Assembly (NCBI GenBank): GCA_964614935.1
Contig: CAZTML010000001.1
Location: forward strand, 1-45,983
DNA length: 45,983 nucleotides
Reading direction: 5' to 3'
DNA from: an uncultured Clostridia bacterium
GTDB lineage: Bacteria; Bacillota; Clostridia; Tissierellales; Sedimentibacteraceae
A model generated the notes under the pieces. That model was not told the DNA's origin and made no database searches. It saw nothing but the letters and a program-made list of their open reading frames with translations. How positions within the stretch are numbered: the first letter of the stretch is position 1; each line of letters starts with the position of its first letter. The translations under genes and the position numbers were made by a program. Of the stretch, positions 42,203-45,983 are shown piece by piece.

Positions 42203-43993
42203 ATGAAAATTTTCAGATCACATGTTTTAGTTTGTGGAGGGACAGGTTGCTCTTCTTCTAAGTCTATGGAAATAAAGAATAGATTTGAAGAAAAAATAAA
42301 AGAAGTAAAACTAGACAATGAGGTTCAGGTCGTAGCAACAGGATGTTTCGGTCTTTGCGAAGAAGGACCTATTGTGATAATTTATCCTGAAGGTTCATTT
42401 TATGCCAGAATGACTCTTGACAGAGTTGATGAAATAGTAACGGAACACTTATTAAAGGGGAGAATCGTAAGAAAATATTTGTTTGATGAAAGTGCAAAAG
42501 ACGAAAAATCAAAAGCTTTAGCTGAAGTAGAATTTTATAAAAAACAAAAAAGGGTTGCACTTCGTAATTGCGGTTTTATAAATCCTGAAAACATCCATGA
42601 ATATATTGCAAGAGACGGATATTTTGCACTTGGAAAAGTCCTTACAGAAATGACTCCTGAAGAAGTTATTAGCTTAGTAAAGGATTCAGGCTTGAAAGGA
42701 AGAGGTGGTGCAGGTTTTTCAACTGGACTTAAATGGTCCTTTGCAGCACCAAACAAGGCAGACCAGAAATATGTAATATGTAATGCCGATGAAGGTGACC
42801 CTGGTGCCTTTATGGACAGAAGTGTTTTGGAGGGTGATCCTCATTCAGTATTGGAAGCTATGGCAATTGCAGGTTATTCAATAGGAGCTACAAAAGGATT
42901 TATCTACGTAAGGGCTGAATATCCTATAGCTGTTCATAGATTAAAAATTGCTATAGAGCAGGCTAAAGAATTAGGTCTTTTAGGAAAAAATATATTCAAT
43001 ACAAATTTTGATTTTGATATAGAAATAAGATTAGGGGCAGGAGCTTTTGTTTGTGGTGAGGAAACAGCCTTACTTCAATCTATAGAAGGCAAAAGAGGAA
43101 TGTCAAGAAACAAACCTCCATTTCCGGCTAATAAAGGATTATGGGGTAAGCCTACTGTTATAAATAATGTTGAAACCTTGGCAAATATTCCACAAATAAT
43201 ACTTAAGGGTCCTGACTGGTTTAAAAGCTTTGGTACTGAACAATCACCGGGTACTAAAGTATTTGCCTTAGGTGGGAAAATTAATAATACAGGACTAGTT
43301 GAAGTGCCTATGGGTACAACTTTAAGAGAAGTAATTTATGATATAGGTGGTGGGTGCCCTGATGGCAAAGAATTTAAGGCAGTACAAACAGGAGGACCAT
43401 CGGGAGGATGTTTAACTAAGGAACACTTAGATACCCCTATATCTTATGAGAGTCTTACTGCAGCAGGATCTATGATGGGGTCTGGTGGTATGATAGTAAT
43501 GGATGTTGATAACTGTATGGTTGATATTGCAAGATTCTTCCTTGATTTTACTGTTGATGAATCCTGTGGTAAATGTACCCCATGTAGGGAAGGAACAAAG
43601 CGTATGTTGGAAATTTTAGATAGAATTGCTGAAGGAAAAGGCACTATGGAAGACCTTGATAAATTGGAGGTTCTAGCAGTAAATATTAAGGATACTTCAC
43701 TTTGTGGCCTAGGACAGACTGCACCAAATCCTGTTTTATCAACACTACGATATTTCAGAGATGAATATGAAGCCCACGTTAATGAAAAAAGATGTCCTGC
43801 AGCTGTTTGTCAGTCCTTACTAAAATATATAATAACTATGGATTGTAAGGGTTGTACCAAGTGTGCAAGAATATGTCCTGTTGGAGCCATTGAGGGCAAA
43901 GTAAGGGAAATCCACGTAATTGACCAGACAAAATGTATTAAGTGCGGTGCTTGTATGGATGCTTGTACTTTCCACACAATTATTAAGAAGTAA
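42203..43993 (+). CDS. hydB: [FeFe]-hydrogenase NuoF-like diaphorase subunit (HydB/HndC)
   Basis: GRGGAGF, NADEGDPGAFMDR, CGEET, CGKCTPCREG, two C-terminal CxxCxxCxxxC. Confidence 0.92.
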   Translation: MKIFRSHVLVCGGTGCSSSKSMEIKNRFEEKIKEVKLDNEVQVVATGCFGLCEEGPIVIIYPEGSFYARMTLDRVDEIVTEHLLKGRIVRKYLFDESAKDEKSKALAEVEFYKKQKRVALRNCGFINPENIHEYIARDGYFALGKVLTEMTPEEVISLVKDSGLKGRGGAGFSTGLKWSFAAPNKADQKYVICNADEGDPGAFMDRSVLEGDPHSVLEAMAIAGYSIGATKGFIYVRAEYPIAVHRLKIAIEQAKELGLLGKNIFNTNFDFDIEIRLGAGAFVCGEETALLQSIEGKRGMSRNKPPFPANKGLWGKPTVINNVETLANIPQIILKGPDWFKSFGTEQSPGTKVFALGGKINNTGLVEVPMGTTLREVIYDIGGGCPDGKEFKAVQTGGPSGGCLTKEHLDTPISYESLTAAGSMMGSGGMIVMDVDNCMVDIARFFLDFTVDESCGKCTPCREGTKRMLEILDRIAEGKGTMEDLDKLEVLAVNIKDTSLCGLGQTAPNPVLSTLRYFRDEYEAHVNEKRCPAAVCQSLLKYIITMDCKGCTKCARICPVGAIEGKVREIHVIDQTKCIKCGACMDACTFHTIIKK

Positions 43994-44008
43994 GAAAGAG
44001 GTGCTAAA

Positions 44009-45820
44009 TTGGATAAAGTAAATTTAACTATTAACGGAATCAATGTCACTGTACCGAAAGATTACACGGTACTTTTGGCAGCTAGAGAAGCAGGAATTGA
44101 TATCCCAACCCTTTGCTTCTTAAAAGATATAAATGAAATTGCTGCATGCAGATTATGTATTGCAGAAGTGGATATAAAAGATGTTCCCATGCGAAATCTA
44201 CCTGCTACTTGTGTACTCCAGGTTCAAGAGGGTATGAATGTAAGAACTAATACCAAGAGAGTAAGAGAAGCTGTTAGAATGAATTTAGAACTTATATTAG
44301 CAAACCATAACAGAGAATGTCTCACATGTTTAAGAAACGGAACCTGTGAGCTTCAGAAACTCTGCGATGAGCTTAATATTAGCGATATAGAATATCAAGG
44401 TGCAAAAAGAGAAGCAAAAATCGATAATTTATCACATTCTATTGTAAGAGATACAAGTAAGTGTATTTTATGCGGGAGATGTGTAAGTACCTGTAGAGAT
44501 GTTCAAGGGATAGGTGTTTTGGATTTTACGAAAAGAGGTTTCAACACAGAAGTTGCTCCTGCCTTTGATTATAGTATGAAGGATGTTCCTTGTGTATATT
44601 GTGGCCAATGTATTCAAGCATGTCCTGTAGCAGCTCTAAAGGAAAGAACTTATATTGATCAAGTATGGGATGCAATAGATAATCCTGAAAAAATTGTTGT
44701 TGTTCAAACCGCTCCAGGTGTTAGAGCATCCTTAGGGGAGGAATTCGGATTTCCTGTTGGTACAGATGTTACGGGAAAAATGGTTGCAGCACTTAAAAGA
44801 ATAGGTTTTGATAAAGTTTTTGATACAAACTTTTCAGCAGACTTAACGATTTTAGAGGAAGGTACAGAGCTTTTAAATAGAATCAAACACGGCGGAAAAT
44901 TGCCAATGATTACTTCTTGTTCACCAGGCTGGATACGTTTTTGCGAAATAAATTATCCTGAGTTTTTAGAAAACTTATCTACCTGTAAATCACCCCAACA
45001 AATGTTTGGTGCTATAGTCAAGTCCTATTATGCTGAGAAAGAAGGAATTGACCCGAAAAAAATATTCTCCGTATCTGTAATGCCTTGTACATCAAAGAAA
45101 ACCGAAGCAAACAGGCCGGAAATGGAAGTAGATGGACTTAGGGATGTTGATGTATCTTTGACTACAAGAGAATTAGGAGATATGATTAAACAAGCAAGAA
45201 TTAATTTTATTAAATTACCTGATGAAGAAGCTGACAGTATATTAGGACAGTACTCTGGGGCAGGTGCAATATTTGGTGCTACGGGTGGAGTTATGGAAGC
45301 AGCCCTTAGAACAGTGGCTGACATTTTAACTGGTAAAGACTTAGATGAAATTGAATATCAAGGAGTAAGAGGGCTTGAAGGCCTTAAAGAAGCATCTGTA
45401 GTACTTCCTATCGACGGAAAGGATACTGAAGTAAAAATCGCAGTTACCCATGGTACGGCCAATGCTGCAAAAGTTCTAGAGTCCATTAAAAATGGAGAAA
45501 AGGATTATCATTTCATTGAAGTAATGGCATGTCCCGGTGGTTGTGTCCATGGGGGAGGTCAATCACACGTATCTGCAATTACAAGGCTTGAAGTCAACCC
45601 AAAATCAAAACGTGCTGATGCTTTATATGAACTTGATAAATCTTTACCTCTTAGGAAGTCTCATAAAAACCCTGAAGTTATAAAACTTTATGAAGAATAT
45701 TTAAAAGAGCCTAATAGCCTTGTTTCCCATAAACTTCTCCATACACATTATTACAAAATATCTACCTATGAAGTTGCACAAGAGGAAGAATATAATAAAC
45801 TAATGGAAAGATTAAAATAA
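44009..45820 (+). CDS. hydA: [FeFe]-hydrogenase catalytic subunit, group A (HydA/HndD)
   Basis: H-cluster motifs TSCSPGW, MPCTSKKTE, EVMACPGGCVHGGG; N-terminal FeS domains. Confidence 0.95.
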   Translation: MDKVNLTINGINVTVPKDYTVLLAAREAGIDIPTLCFLKDINEIAACRLCIAEVDIKDVPMRNLPATCVLQVQEGMNVRTNTKRVREAVRMNLELILANHNRECLTCLRNGTCELQKLCDELNISDIEYQGAKREAKIDNLSHSIVRDTSKCILCGRCVSTCRDVQGIGVLDFTKRGFNTEVAPAFDYSMKDVPCVYCGQCIQACPVAALKERTYIDQVWDAIDNPEKIVVVQTAPGVRASLGEEFGFPVGTDVTGKMVAALKRIGFDKVFDTNFSADLTILEEGTELLNRIKHGGKLPMITSCSPGWIRFCEINYPEFLENLSTCKSPQQMFGAIVKSYYAEKEGIDPKKIFSVSVMPCTSKKTEANRPEMEVDGLRDVDVSLTTRELGDMIKQARINFIKLPDEEADSILGQYSGAGAIFGATGGVMEAALRTVADILTGKDLDEIEYQGVRGLEGLKEASVVLPIDGKDTEVKIAVTHGTANAAKVLESIKNGEKDYHFIEVMACPGGCVHGGGQSHVSAITRLEVNPKSKRADALYELDKSLPLRKSHKNPEVIKLYEEYLKEPNSLVSHKLLHTHYYKISTYEVAQEEEYNKLMERLK

Positions 45821-45855
45821 TTTATTTTTCTAGGATATTATGAATAGTAACTTTG

Positions 45856-45883
45856 ATTCTCTGAATTTCAGAGAATCTTTTTT
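45856..45883 (+). terminator. Intrinsic terminator after hydA
   Basis: GATTCTCTGAA-T-TTCAGAGAATC-TTTTTT. Confidence 0.8.
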
Positions 45884-45948
45884 GTCCATATTTTATTTAC
45901 GATATTAGTATGTTATAATAAGTCAAAGAAAGTTATGAAGGTGGTACT

Positions 45949-45983
45949 ATGCTTATAAAAGATGGAAGAATAATAGATCCGGC
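45949..45983 (+). CDS. N-terminus of a probable amidohydrolase (dihydroorotase/D-aminoacylase-like), 3'-truncated
   Basis: MLIKDGRIIDP after GAAGGTGG RBS; only 11 codons visible. Confidence 0.55.
   Translation, partial: MLIKDGRIIDP

Overview
Low-GC, spore-forming anaerobic Firmicute chromosome (Clostridia/Tissierellia-like; the taxon is an inference) spanning the replication origin. Left of oriC, mostly on the minus strand: end of a sigma54 activator, a gerK-type germination operon, a MocA-like pseudogene fragment, spoIIR, a PAS-sigma54 activator divergent from thl-atoD-atoA, htrA, a ccdA-hxlR-thioredoxin reductase-trxA redox operon, GNAT/lrgAB, a DmpA peptidase, a glyoxalase, then dnaA-dnaN-yaaA-recF-gyrB-gyrA-rsbV-rsbW-sigB-UPF0182. 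Right of oriC, on the plus strand: rpmH-rnpA-yidD-yidC-jag-mnmE-mnmG-rsmG-noc-soj-spo0J and a tetrameric [FeFe]-hydrogenase operon. No rRNA, tRNA, CRISPR array or transposase was seen. Most notable observations: (1) several families of dispersed, nested REP-like palindromes occupy many intergenic gaps, including the dnaA operon, and one supplies the YaaA C-terminus; (2) the SigB module has an RsbW that has lost its ATP-binding motifs and is tightly coupled to a UPF0182 membrane protein; (3) both gyrase subunits carry classic fluoroquinolone-resistance substitutions (GyrA Ile87, GyrB Asn429); (4) the thioredoxin reductase lacks the NADPH-binding motif and is co-transcribed with an orphan CcdA. 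All calls were made by eye, with no database searches.
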